DNA of 62,517 nt, the filler included, from Nemertoderma westbladi (Eukaryota > Animalia > Xenacoelomorpha), in the NCBI GenBank assembly GCA_032718475.1. It is 4 parts of 4 records of this genome, joined end to end, with 100 filler letters (N's around TTAATTAATTAA, not from the genome) between each part and the next. Parts side by side here need not be neighbours in the genome. Positions count along the whole stretch, not along the records: positions 19,015 to 47,427 come from JAUCBJ010001163.1; 3 more parts are not named here. One strand, written 5' to 3'. The notes under the pieces were generated by a model. That model worked only from the letters and a program-made list of their open reading frames with translations, was not told the origin of the DNA and did not search any database. Both the position numbers and the translations under genes were made by a program. This document shows, in pieces, positions 26,697-40,019 of this stretch. The first letter of the stretch is position 1. Every line of letters begins with the position of its first letter.

Positions 26697-27666
26697 ACAG
26701 AGACCTGTTTTTCTTGATCCCGGTGAACCAGAGAATTATTTTGAAAAATACCGAGACCAGAGCCGGAGATCAGAGACTTTGCTTATTTTTCTACTTGCAA
26801 TTTGATTACTCTCCTATAGCACAAACAGGTATCATACGGCCTTAGATCTATTTTTTTATGGTTCAATTACAGTAAATACCAAGTACAGTAAATCCAACCC
26901 ATTTCAACCCTTACCCATTGTAAGAAAATAAGCGCACATACAGTTTGGGGGGCTTAATTAATATTAATTTGGTTATTTGTTTATTAATTCGTTCTTATTT
27001 TGTTATTGTTAATAATATGTTACATAATTTTGTTTTGCCCCATAGGTACCGGTACTTTGTTAATTAAAGGCACTTATTTTACAATTGTTCAAATCATATA
27101 TTTCAATGTACTATAAACTTAGTCATTTACGAATACTTAGTGCACAGGTATAGTACTCTACTCGCCCCATTTACAAGCATCGTTACGTTCGTTCTCTCCA
27201 TTTGGTCGTCATATTATCTATCCCATAACAAATTGAATGGAGAACAGCCCTTTCTTTCACTTTTAAACATTATGAGTGCTCAAATTAAGCGCCTTTATCC
27301 TTAAATAAGAACCATCTTTAGGGGCTAATTTAACTTAAAATTAAACGCGCCTTAAATTAAATAGAAGATTATCGGTACATTTATTAGAAATAGTGTAAAA
27401 GTGAATATATAATTGTGTTGAAGTGGTGTATGAAAAATAGTTAAAACTTAAAGAAATAATTAATTGTAAAATTTTTTTAAAAAATAATCTTGATTTCACA
27501 TTTTGTGTTGTACAGGATCTATTTTTAAATATGTATTTCTAAGTTGTCAAATCACTGATCTCTGGGTAAAATGTCTATTTTCAATACTCGGGAACCAGAG
27601 ACCTATCCGGAGACCAAAAAATAGCCCGGAGAATCCAGAGATCAGAGATCAGTGACAAGTCTCTGT
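26697..27666. mobile_element. Possible MITE with CAGAGAC termini
   Basis: ACAGAGACCTGT / ACAAGTCTCTGT ends and CCAGAGA/CCGGAGA subterminal repeats at both ends. No clean TSD. Confidence 0.4.
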
Positions 27667-29514
27667 TACAACTCTACAAGAAGGTTTCAAGTGGATCTGT
27701 GAAACTTAGAGTCTAAAATTGTCTAACTTATTCAAATCCCAAAATCAACGAATTAATATTTTGTCACAATGTTAAAATATTTATTTCGGGAAAGGAGGAT
27801 ACAGTGGCATGTTGCTCTAACCAAAATATTAAACGTAACAACTTAAGTCAATAGAACAGCCTGGAGTTCTATTTTTGGGAGTAATCAGCTGTTATTTGTG
27901 TCGATTCTCCCCTGGAGAGATATAAATTTGATTGCCTGCGTTGAAAGTCACCCCTGTCTGACTATATGGACACACAGTTTTGCTCACTACGGTGTAGAGA
28001 TTATGATAAATGGAAATAAATTAAATAAAACCCATATAAGGCTAATTACATATACAAAATAATTGTGTGATCGTAATTGGGGGACCATTGTACCACTGCA
28101 TCTATTACATCTTTATCTTTATATTTAACACGTTAGCTGCGGATTGAGCACCGGTGCACAATTCGTGTTTTAACATTACTGCGACAGGTTTTACTCCCTG
28201 TCAACTTATTACTGCGGATTGAGCACCGGTGAACATGACCTGTGCAACCCTGTAGTGTGGAGCTATTTTGGCTTGGCTAGCCAGTGCGGAGGCTATAAGT
28301 TGAGCACCGGTGCTCAAATACATCAGCTGTTGTCATATTCGGTATCTGTGACCTTTGTATGACCCATATATATATTTTTTTGGGTTTGTGCACCGGTGCA
28401 CAATCCGCACTACACAAGTGCCAGTGCGGATTGAGCGCCGGTGCTCAATATTTCCAATTATATAAATATGGCGGGATTTTTAAAATGCTCTACTGTAGCA
28501 TTACGTCACCTTCAAGGCAGAACCCCCTAAGTTGATTTTTTTCGATTTTCATGTTTTTGACTTTTTGGGTAATTCGATATCGGCTTTTTCGTCTGGCATA
28601 ACCCCGAAGCTTTTCTACCAGCCATTTTTGAGTTATAAGCCAAAGACAGTTCCCCGTAACTTATGCCCACTTCGAGGCAGAACCCCCCAAGTCAATAATT
28701 GGCTTGCAAAACACCGTAAATTCAAGTATATGAAATTCAGTCCACCTGGCAAAACCCCTTAAATCAGAAATAACAACCTGTAAAACCCCTTAAATCAGAA
28801 ACAATAGCCTGGCAAAACCCCGTAATTTATCATTTATATACTGGTTTGTATTGCGGCCAGGACACAAATATTAATTAGGGACACAAACATTATTGAGGGA
28901 CGCAAACATTAATGAGGGACACAAAACATTAATAGGGGTCCAAGGTTGCCAATGGATATTAATATGAGCGATGGTGATGCTTGCCATCAGATGATTAGAT
29001 ATTAAGTGATTAACTGGAAAAAATACTACCATGGGAACGTGAGCTTCGATCAAAGTACCGCCGTTTCGTATACATTCCATCTTCCTAATTAGATGGAAAT
29101 TAATTGAAAGCGACGTTCGGTTACGTTGTTCAGCTACCCCCCCCCCCCCCCCCCCGGCTGGTATACCCCCATATTTTCAATTTACCTCCTACAACTACCA
29201 TTCATGTTACCCCCCCCCCCCCCCATTCATGTCTCCCCCTCATGTTCATCATTTTTTTACTCCTACTCCTTCCCTTTTTAGTAACAACATCGTTTATTGT
29301 TTTGGTTAGAAAAACCATCGCTGTAACCTGATCCTTTCCTTCAATTGGCAATAACATAGTTTATTGGTTTGGTCAGATTAATATGTTATTATTTATTGTT
29401 GTTATTTTATTGCTTGACAGTAATGAGAATTGTAATACTGTAATATATTGTATGTGTGTATGTATGTATGAGTGGTAACATGAATCATACTAAGTGCGAA
29501 GGGCGATAGTGCCC

Positions 29515-30416
29515 ATGATTAATGTTTGTGCCCTTGATTGATATCTGTCCCTCGTTTATTGTTTGTGTCCCTCATTAATGTTTGTGTATCTCATTAATGT
29601 TTGTGTCCCTCATTAATGTTTGTGTCCCTCATTAATGTTTGTGTATCTCATTAATGTTTGTGTCTCTCATTAATGTTGTGTCCCTCATTAATGTTTGTGT
29701 CCCTCATTAATGTTTGTGTATCTCATTAATGTTTGTGTCCCTCATTAATGTTGTGTCCCTCATTAATGTTTGTGTCCCTCGTTAATATTTGTGTTCCTCA
29801 TTAATGTTTGTGTCCCTCATTAATGTTTGTGTCCCTCATTAATGTTTGTGTCCCTCATTAATGTTTGTGTCCCTCATTAATGTTTGTGCCTTTGATTGAT
29901 ATCTGTCCCTCGTTTATTGTTTGTGTCCCTCATTAATGTTTGTGTCGCTCATTAATGTTTGTGTCCCTCATTAATATTTGTGTACCTCATTAATGTTAGT
30001 TTCCCTCAATTAATGTTTGTGTCCCTCATTAATGTTTGTGTCGCTCATTAATGTTTGTGTCCCTCATTAATATTTGTGTCCCTCATTAATGTTGTGTCCC
30101 TCATTAATGTTTGTGTCCCTCATTAATGTTTGTGTCCCTCATTAATGTTTGTGTCCCTCATTAATGTTTGTCACCCTCAGTAATATTTGTGTTCCTCATT
30201 AATGTTTGTGTCCCTCATTAATGTTTGTGTCCCTCATTAATGTTTGTGTTCCACATTAATGTTTGTGTCCTATATCAATGTTTATGTCCCACATTATTGT
30301 TTGTGTCCTACATCAATGTTTATGTCCCACATTAATGTTTGTCACCCTGATTAATGTTTGTCCCACACTAATGTTTGTGGCGCTGATAATATCTGTCCCT
30401 CATTTAATGTTTGTCT
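29515..30416. repeat. 19-bp satellite (CATTAATGTTTGTGTCCCT), about 47 copies, with about 4 inverted copies at 28858-28940
   Basis: 19-bp periodicity plus a reverse-complement mini-array upstream. Confidence 0.95.
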
Positions 30417-31110
30417 CCAAGTTGCTATGGGGTTCAGGACGTTTTGGATAACTTGGTCAGTAACAAGCAACTTGATTTGAGTAACATTAACTTTTAGTCT
30501 CCGTTATATGAGGCATCTTTTACAGCAACAAACTTCGCGTTTACATAGCGCAACTTGATCGGCAACCTGACCTGCTCACTAAGTTGCTGATAGAGTTGCT
30601 CAAAATGTTGCCACGTACTGTAGAAAAAACAGATCTTTAATTATTCGTCATGACGTACTGTAAGTGAACTTTACTTTAACGTAGCTGTAACCCTGTAGCT
30701 AGACTTTGTTCTTACTGTAGAGTACCACCCATGGCTATATTTTGTACTTAGAGTTCCGCTTTCTTGAATCAAAATTTTGTTCTTATAGTTCTGCATTTGG
30801 CTACATTTTGTTCAATTTGTATTGATACATGATTCTAACTACAGTCCCGTACTTATTTTAGAAGCAATTAATACCAAAATATCAAAAACTTATGGAGCCC
30901 TTTGATTTTGAATTCAAAAATTTCCAACATGTGCGCAAGTGTGTTAGCTATATTGTATGTGATTATTTGTTATTATTGCGTTTACAGGTAATACTAACAC
31001 CTGATCATGTGCTAGTTAACATTTTAGATAGCACGTTTTAGCTAATAACAAATGCGCACATGTATTACGTGCGCACTACGCACTAAATTATTAAGGACGT
31101 ACGATAAGCC

Positions 31111-31316
31111 TTGGCTATTATTTGATATATTTTGCGTGTTTTTTGTAAAAATTCGTACTTATGGTGTTTTGCCAAATTGAGGATACCTTGTTTTCTAGGC
31201 AATACCCCGCAACTATCGTATAGTTACGGGATAATACCAGAAAATGGTGTTCCCCTTTGTTTTGGCAAAACACCATAAGTCAGAATTTTTACAAAAAAAC
31301 CGCAATATATTTCAAA
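31111..31316. mobile_element. Hairpin MITE nested inside the ATTA-TSD element
   Basis: Inverted arms TTTTTGTAAAAATTC..ACTTATGGTGTTTTGCCAAA / TTTGGCAAAACACCATAAGT..GAATTTTTACAAAAA. Confidence 0.7.
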
Positions 31317-32236
31317 GGTAATTCTAAATCATATTGAAAGTTTAATTATATGAATTCTATATATATTTAGTTATCAAAAAACACAATAACAAGTAAACTG
31401 AGGCATCTCTCTAAAAAATAAACAGTTTTTATCGATTATCTCAGAACTACAAAAATCGACTTAGGGGGTTCTGCCTTGAAGGTGACGATTAGCTATTAGG
31501 CCTATTTGATTTAGTTCATTGTTAGTTAAGCAAATGTGCAAAAAGCAAATGAGCAAATGTGCTGTAGTAACAATAACAATGATATTTTAGATTATTTTAC
31601 TTTATAAATGTTTTTAAAACCCAAATAATTGATTGATGGTGGGGGGGGGGGGGGGGGGGGGGGGGGTTGTTAAACTGCAGACATTATCTACTGGGGTTAC
31701 CCCGTGAAATTTCGAAAGTGGCCAAAAGTCATTTACTAATGTGATGGGATAATTATTGGAACAGTTTTGAAAATTGTTAACCCTGTAAGATCATATAAGA
31801 TCATGTAAGATCATGTAATATGAGTAAAATCACAAAAAATATATAAAATTTTGATGAAATTCAAACCACTATCTCTGGACTGGACGGAGCTATTGAGATG
31901 CAGTTTTTTCCATGGTGGTTCTCCAATGTTTTATAAATACAATGATAGTGAATTTGAGCACCGGTGCCCAAAGGCATTCCCACAAAATGTAATTAACAAA
32001 AAGTAATTTGTTGAGCACCGGCGCACAATCCGCAGTTGAGGAACTGCACAGGAATGTTCACCGGAGCACAATCCGCACTAACTAAACGCCAAGCCTCAAA
32101 TCCTGCCGCAGTCATGGAACAGCATATGGTTGTTCACCGGTGCACAATCCGCAGTAACAAAGAACCAGTGGTTTCGGAGCCGCAGCTAACGTGTTAAACG
32201 AATTAAGTCGAATGAATATCATATCTTTTGTTTTAC

Positions 32237-32475
32237 CTTAGAACGTCTCCTGGTTGGCTGTAATAAGCGAACGTGTTCATTTCTATAACGTCAATCATTG
32301 GCTGGGCTACAGCCAATCGGTTAACGGCAATCAAGTTCAGCAACGGCGGGAGCCAATTAACGTTGGCTTCGCAGTGACAGTCGAGGAATGTGAGGACCTG
32401 TCCCTTAGCGTGGGAGACCCCCAAGAGACGAGCACGGGTGAGTCCCAGACGAACGTCGCTGCGTAATATGTGAAC
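32237..32475 (-). CDS. GALNT10: GALNT exon 3 (DxH catalytic motif)
   Basis: GLTRARLLG and [19 protein letters not shown]. Acceptor CTTACAG|GTT and donor AG|GTAAAA. Confidence 0.94.
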
Positions 32476-32487
32476 CTGTAAGAGCAC

Positions 32488-35400
32488 GTGAACATATACG
32501 GAACCTGTTTAAGTGAACATATACGGAATCTGTTTAAGTGAACATATACGGAACCTGTTTAAGTGAACATATACGGAACCTGTTTAAGTGAACATATACG
32601 GAACCTGTTTAAGTGAACATATACGGAACCTGTTTAAGTGAACATATACGGAACCTGTTTAAGTGAACATATACGGAACCTGTTTAAGTGAACACACGGA
32701 ACCTAATTAAGTGAACATATACGGAATCTGTTTAAGTGAACACACGGAACCTAATTAAGTGAACATATACGGAACCTGTTTAAGTGAACATATACCGAAC
32801 CTGTTTAAGTGAACACACGGAACCTGTTTAAGTGAACATATACGGAACCTGTTTAAGTGAACATATACGGAACCTGTTTAAGTGAACATATACGGAACCT
32901 GTTTAAGTGAACATATACGGAACCTGTTTAAGTGAACATATACGGAATCTGTTTAAGTGAACATATACGGAACCTGTTTAAGTGAACACACGGAACCTAA
33001 TTAAGTGAACATATACGGAACCTAATTAAGTGAACATATACGGAACCTGTTTAAGTGAACATATACCGAACCTGTTTAAGTGAACACACGGAACCTGTTT
33101 AAGTGAACATATACGGAACCTGTTTAAGTGAACATATACGGAACCTGTTTAAGTGAACATATACGGAACCTGTTTAAGTGAACATATACGGAACCTGTTT
33201 AAGTGAACATATACGGAACCTGTTTAAGTGAACATATACGGAACCTGTTTAAGTGAACACACGGAACCTAATTAAGTGAACATATACGGAATCTGTTTAA
33301 GTGAACACACGGAACCTAATTAAGTGAACATATACGGAACCTGTTTAAGTGAACATATACGGAACCTGTTTAAGTGAACACACGGAACCTAATTAAGTGA
33401 ACATATACGGAATCTGTTTAAGTGAACACACGGAACCTAATTAAGTGAACATATACGGAACCTGTTTAAGTGAACATATACGGAACCTGTTTAAGTGAAC
33501 ATATACGGAACCTGTTTAAGTGAACATATACGGAACCTGTTTAAGTGAACATATACGGAACCTGTTTAAGTGAACACACGGAACCTAATTAAGTGAACAT
33601 ATACGGAATCTGTTTAAGTGAACACACGGAACCTAATTAAGTGAACATACACGGAACCTGTTTAAGTGAACATATACGGAACCTGTTTAAGTGAACATAT
33701 ACGGAACCTGTTTAAGTGAACATATACGGAACCTGTTTAAGTGAACATATACGGAACCTGTTTAAGTGAACATATACGGAACCTGTTTAAGTGAACACAC
33801 GGAACCTAATTAAGTGAACATATACGGAATCTGTTTAAGTGAACACACGGAACCTAATTAAGTGAACATATACGGAACCTGTTTAAGTGAACATATACCG
33901 AACCTGTTTAAGTGAACACACGGAACCTGTTTAAGTGAACATATACGGAACCTGTTTAAGTGAACATATACGGAACCTGTTTAAGTGAACATATACGGAA
34001 CCTGTTTAAGTGAACATATACGGAATCTGTTTAAGTGAACATATACGGAACCTGTTTAAGTGAACACACGGAACCTAATTAAGTGAACATATACGGAACC
34101 TAATTAAGTGAACATATACGGAACCTGTTTAAGTGAACATATACCGAACCTGTTTAAGTGAACACACGGAACCTGTTTAAGTGAACATATACGGAACCTG
34201 TTTAAGTGAACATATACGGAACCTGTTTAAGTGAACATATACGGAACCTGTTTAAGTGAACATATACGGAATCTGTTTAAGTGAACATATACGGAACCTG
34301 TTTAAGTGAACACACGGAACCTAATTAAGTGAACATATACGGAACCTAATTAAGTGAACATATACGGAACCTGTTTAAGTGAACATATACCGAACCTGTT
34401 TAAGTGAACACACGGAACCTGTTTAAGTGAACATATACGGAACCTGTTTAAGTGAACATATACGGAACCTGTTTAAGTGAACATATACGGAACCTGTTTA
34501 AATGAACATATACGGAACCTGTTTAAGTGAACACACGGAACCTGTTTAAGTGAACATATACGAAACATGTTTAAATGAACATAATTAAGTGAACATATAC
34601 GGAACCTGTTTAAGTGAACACACACGGAACCTGTTTAAGTGAACATATACGGAACCTGTTTAAGTGAACATATACGGAACCTGTTTAAGTGAACATATAC
34701 AGAACCTGTTTAAATGAACATATACGGAACCTGTTTAAGTGAACACACACGGAACCTGTTTAAGTGAACATATACGGAACCTGTTTAAGTGAACATATAC
34801 GGAACCTGTTTAAGTGAACACACGGAACCTAATTAAGTGAACATACACGGAACCTAATTAAGTGAACATATACGGAACCTGTTTAAATGAACATATACGG
34901 AACCTGTTTAAGTGAACACACGGAACCTAATTAAGTGAACATATACGGAACCTGTTTAAGTGAACATATACGGAACCTGTTTAAGTGAACATATACGGAA
35001 CCTGTTTAAGTGAACACACGGAACCTAATTAAGTGAACATATACGGAACCTGTTTAAGTGAATACACACGGAACCTAATTAAGTGAACATATACGGAACC
35101 TGTTTAAGTGAACATATACGGAACCTGTTTAAGTGAACACACGGAACCTAATTAAGTGAACATATACGGAACCTGTTTAAGTGAATACACACGGAACCTA
35201 ATTAAGTGAACATATACGGAACCTGTTTAAGTGAACATATACGGAACCTGTTTAAGTGAACACACGGAACCTAATTAAGTGAACATATACGGAACCTGTT
35301 TAAGTGAACATATACGGAACCTGTTTAAGTGAACACACGGAACCTAATTAAGTGAACATATACGGAACCTGTTTAAGTGAACATATACGGAACCTGTTTA

Positions 35401-37480
35401 AGTGAACACACGGAACCTAATTAAGTGAACATATACGGAACCTGTTTAAGTGAACACACACGGAACCTAATTAAGTGAACATATACGGAACCTGTTTAAG
35501 TGAACATATACGAAACATGTTTAAGTGAACACACACGGAACCTAAATAAGTGAACATATACGGAACCTGTTTGAATGAACATATACGAAACATGTTTAAG
35601 TGAACACACACGGAACCTAAATAAGTGAACATATACGGAACCTGTTTGAATGAACATATACGGAACCTGTTTAAGTGAACATAAACGGAACCTGTTTAAG
35701 AGAACACACGGAACCTAATTAAGTGAACACATACGGAACCTGCTTAAGTGAACACACACGGAACCTAATTAAGTGAACATATACGGAACCTGTTTAAGTG
35801 AACACATACCGAACCTGTTTAAGTGAACACACGGAACCTAATTAAGTGAACATATACGGAACCTGTTTAAGTGAACACACGGAACCTAATTAAGTGAACA
35901 TATACGGAACCTGTTTAAGTGAACACACACGGAACCTAATTAAGTGAACATATACGGAACCTGTTTAAGTGAACATATACGAAACATGTTTAAGTGAACA
36001 CACACGGAACCTAAATAAGTGAACATATACGGAACCTGTTTGAATGAACATATACGAAACATGTTTAAGTGAACACACACGGAACCTAAATAAGTGAACA
36101 TATACGGAACCTGTTTGAATGAACATATACGGAACCTGTTTAAGTGAACATAAACGGAACCTGTTTAAGAGAACACACGGAACCTAATTAAGTGAACACA
36201 TACGGAACCTGTTTAAGTGAACACACACGGAACCTAATTACGTGAACATATACGGAACCTGTTTAAGTGAACACATACCGAACCTGTTTAAGTGAACATA
36301 TACGGAACCTGTTTAAATGAACATATACGGAACCTGTTTAAGTGAACACACGGAACCTAATTAAGTGAACATATACGGAACCTGTTTAAGTGAACACACG
36401 GAACCTAATTAAGTGAACATATACGGAACCTGTTTAAGTGAACACACGGAACCTAATTAAGTGAACACATACGGAACCTGTTTAAGTGAACACATACCGA
36501 ACCTGTTTAAGTGAACACACGGAACCTAATTAAGTGAACATATACGGAACCTGTTTAAATGAACATATACGGAACCTAATTAAGTGAACATATACGGAAC
36601 CTGTTTAAATGAACATATACGGAACCTAATTAAGTGAACATATACGGAACCTGTTTAAATGAACATATACGGAACCTAATTAAGTGAACATATACGGAAC
36701 CTGTTTAAGTGAACACACACGGAACCTAATTACGTGAACATATACGGAACCTGTTTAAGTGAACACATACCGAACCTGTTTAAGTGAACACACGGAACCT
36801 AATTAAGTGAACATATACGGAACCTGTTTAAGTGAACACACGGAACCTAATTAAGTGAACATATACGGAACCTGTTTAAGTGAACACACACGGAACCTAA
36901 TTACGTGAACATATACGGAACCTGTTTAAGTGAACACATACCGAACCTGTTTAAGTGAACACACGGAACCTAATTAAGTGAACATATACGGAACCTGTTT
37001 AAATGAACATATACGGAACCTAATTAAGTGAACATATACGGAACCTGTTTAAATGAACATATACGGAACCTAATTAAGTGAACATATACGGAACCTGTTT
37101 AAATGAACATATACGGAACCTAATTAAGTGAACATATACGGAACCTGTTTAAGTGAACACACACGGAACCTAATTACGTGAACATATACGGAACCTGTTT
37201 AAGTGAACACATACCGAACCTGTTTAAGTGAACACACGGAACCTAATTAAGTGAACATATACGGAACCTGTTTAAGTGAACACACACGGAACCTAATTAC
37301 GTGAACATATACGGAACCTCTTTAAGTGAACACATACCGAACCTGTTTAAGTGAACACGCGGAACCTAATTAAGTGAAAACATACCGAACCTGTTTAAGT
37401 GAACACACGGAACCTAATTAAGTGAACATATACGGAATCTGTTTAAGTGAACATTTACGGAACCTGTTTACGTAAACATA
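32488..37480. repeat. 23-25-bp satellite (GTGAACATATACGGAACCTGTTTAA and variants), about 200 copies, filling GALNT intron 2
   Basis: Continuous periodicity with TGTTTAA/TAATTAA and TATA/CA variants. Confidence 0.98.
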
Positions 37481-37743
37481 CGAAACACGTTTCATAAAAC
37501 GGTCTGTCCTTGTACCATACGATGGTACGAATATAAAAAAATTGGGTCGGGTTTCTTTTCGCAAATTTGGGTTTTCAGGTGTAAAATTTATAGTTAAAAA
37601 TGTGTAAAAATATTTACTATTTGTTCCATAATCTTTGTTTCGGCTAGTAAAGCTAGAAAAGCTCGTCGCTAAAACCTACTATTTTACCATAATAAAGCTC
37701 TTTAAAATAATGGCAACAGTCAATGTGAGCTGCCGATACTAAC

Positions 37744-37973
37744 TTTAGGCCAATCTGCAAACAGATAGTCCAAAGGTTCTTTAACGTCCTCTGTGGTACT
37801 GGCATCGTCTACTAGAATAATATCTACGAGTAGGTGAGCTGGCGACTGACGGACTACAGAGTAGACAGTGCGAGACAGAGCGCATAGCGCTTCGTTATGG
37901 AATGGGATGATAATACTGGTATTGGGCAGATTCTCATGGTAAAGTTTGTCTAAACAAAGGGGATTGCGGATAT
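37744..37973 (-). CDS. GALNT10: GALNT exon 2
   Basis: DIRNPLC..LPNTSIIIPFHNEA and IILVDDAS. Acceptor TTTACAG| and donor AAA|GTTAGT. Confidence 0.94.
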
Positions 37974-38234
37974 CTGTAAACATAAAAAACAAAAAATAAG
38001 TTTAGGAACGAAATGGAATTAAATAGGCCTAAGATATTAAAATGGTTTATATAGTAACCAAATTAATCAAACCACCAGATTAAAAAATATAAGCCTCTTC
38101 CTTTAATTGTAGTAATTAATTATCAAGTCGAAGTCTGATTCACACCCACTCAGATAACTTAATTCTTAACTGATTTCGATTGAATTCGATCACTAGGCCT
38201 ACCGGTAGGCGTATCTGATAGACACTGCACCTAC

Positions 38235-38706
38235 CTTTGATTGCCCTGTTAGGCGATATAATGTTGCAAACATCGATGTCGTAGCCATAATTATGGGTCT
38301 GCCCACCGCGGTGTACGTCTTGCCGTTGCTCCGCTGTCAGGGATACCGGCAGCCCCTGCTCCCCGAGTCCAACTCGTTTGAGATCGGAGTCGATGAGACT
38401 GTAGTTGTGCCAGTCCCGCAGTGGTCCGATGTCTGTAGCGGGGTGGAGATCCTTAGGGGAGTCTCCCACATTCGACACTCTATCACCATTAAGTATATGC
38501 GAGGGGTCCTTTACGTCGTGTTGCTGCGATTCAACAGCCCTTGTTACTTCTAATGTGTCTACAGAAACATAATTCTTCAATTTCTTTCGATTAACATCGA
38601 CTACGGTGGGAAATTTCAATACATTGATGAAAAATATTATAAATATAAATGTTGCCGTAATATATTTAAATATAGGTTTTATTTTCCTCACCGGGAAATT
38701 CATCAC
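38235..38706 (-). CDS. GALNT10: GALNT exon 1 (type II TM anchor and stem). The six exons total 1911 nt, about 636 aa
   Basis: N-terminal TM segment, then DWHNY...GLGEQG and ISPNRAIK. Donor G|GTAGGT. All splice phases are consistent. The subfamily call rests on the WLPPLL and WGGEQYE motifs. Confidence 0.9.
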
Positions 38707-40019
38707 AAGTGGCTAGTTATCCGGAGTTCAGTATTGCTTCATAATATGTTATGCGCTTATGTTAATATAATACGCTACGCCGATAACCGACAACCGACAA
38801 CCACTGCCGACAACAGCAAATATGAAAATATAACCTGAGTTCGTGACTCCCGTTTATTATTTTGGTTACAATAACCTTCCACTGTAACCTGTTCCTTTCC
38901 CTTAATTAATAAATAACATTAATTAGCTTTAATAGTGCTTGTCGGCGTTGGTTGTCGGTAGTCGGCGTAACGTTTACACCCTCATAATATTGACCTAGGC
39001 CTACTGTAATCTATAACCTTGATTAGAAGATAATAGACAACGAAAGTAATAATGACTTCAGGACTTACAGGAAGCTGGGTAGTGAAATATACTAAGAGAG
39101 AGAGAGATATCGGTGCGACGGTGCGGTAGCAGCAGCAGGGTAGGTTCTAGATCTCGGTAGGGTCATATAACTTTGGGTCCGACCTTTTCAACCGCTTCTA
39201 ATTGTTATTCTACAGCTGCGTACCGGTACCTATTTCTTGACTGCGTGATTTTTTGGGTTATAGAGTGACTACTGACTGTCTGACCATATGGTTTCCCTCA
39301 ATTGGTAAAGTGATCGTATATTGTTTTGGTTAGAAAAGCCTGCCTCTGTAACCTGATCCTTTCCCTCAATTGGTATATATATATATTATTCATATTCATA
39401 AAATTACATGGCAAGAAAGCAAAGCTTATGGTGCCCATAAAACAGAAAATTAACATACAGACATTAAGAAATCTAAAATGACAATGCAACAAGTAAAATA
39501 GTATTAGGCGAATCAATTAGACTAATAGATGCATAATTAAAAAAAAGTACACGCTAATAATGATTACCGTAACTAAGTAGAATTTCTAGAAAACTTAGTT
39601 CTCCAAGATATCAAGTAAAGGATCATATTGTTAGACTAAAATATGGCTGCAAATATTCATAAATTTAATTTGCTTGTTCGGCCAAAAATTGTACTGTCAA
39701 ATAAAAATACTGTTACCGGTAAATTAAAATATTGGGTAATAGTTGTGCTGTCAAATAAAAATAAATAAAATTAAAATTTTAAAATTTAAATTGAATTAAA
39801 AGAAAATTGAATTGATACAATCTAAATGAAATTGAAGTTCTTCCACATTGAAGTCCTCCATACGTACCATACCCGCACCGCATAGCTATTTACAGTACAT
39901 AATTAGAGAATGGAGAGAATAGAGAATTGAATTTTTACACTTTCAATTTTTAGTTCCCTATATGTATATAAAAATATATATAAAAGTGCATTTACTTAAT
40001 AATTATTACAATAATATTT

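Larger units (their letters stand above)
28504..31487. mobile_element. Nested TIR element with a 4-bp ATTA TSD (possibly Sola-like)
   Basis: 37-bp TIR CGTCACCTTCAAGGCAGAACCCCCTAAGT(T/C)GATTTTT with 1 mismatch. ATTA at 28500-28503 and 31488-31491. Confidence 0.85.
28129..32193. mobile_element. Non-autonomous piggyBac-like element in GALNT intron 3
   Basis: TTAA TSD at 28125-28128 and 32194-32197. Perfect 14-bp TIR CACGTTAGCTGCGG. Multiple GCGGATTG(A/T)GCACCGGTG subterminal repeats at both ends. Confidence 0.9.

Noticed and set aside
1-37480. CRISPR-like appearance of the 29-, 43- and 25-bp arrays
   Set aside because: The monomers are head-to-tail with no unique spacers, there are no cas genes and the context is spliceosomal introns.
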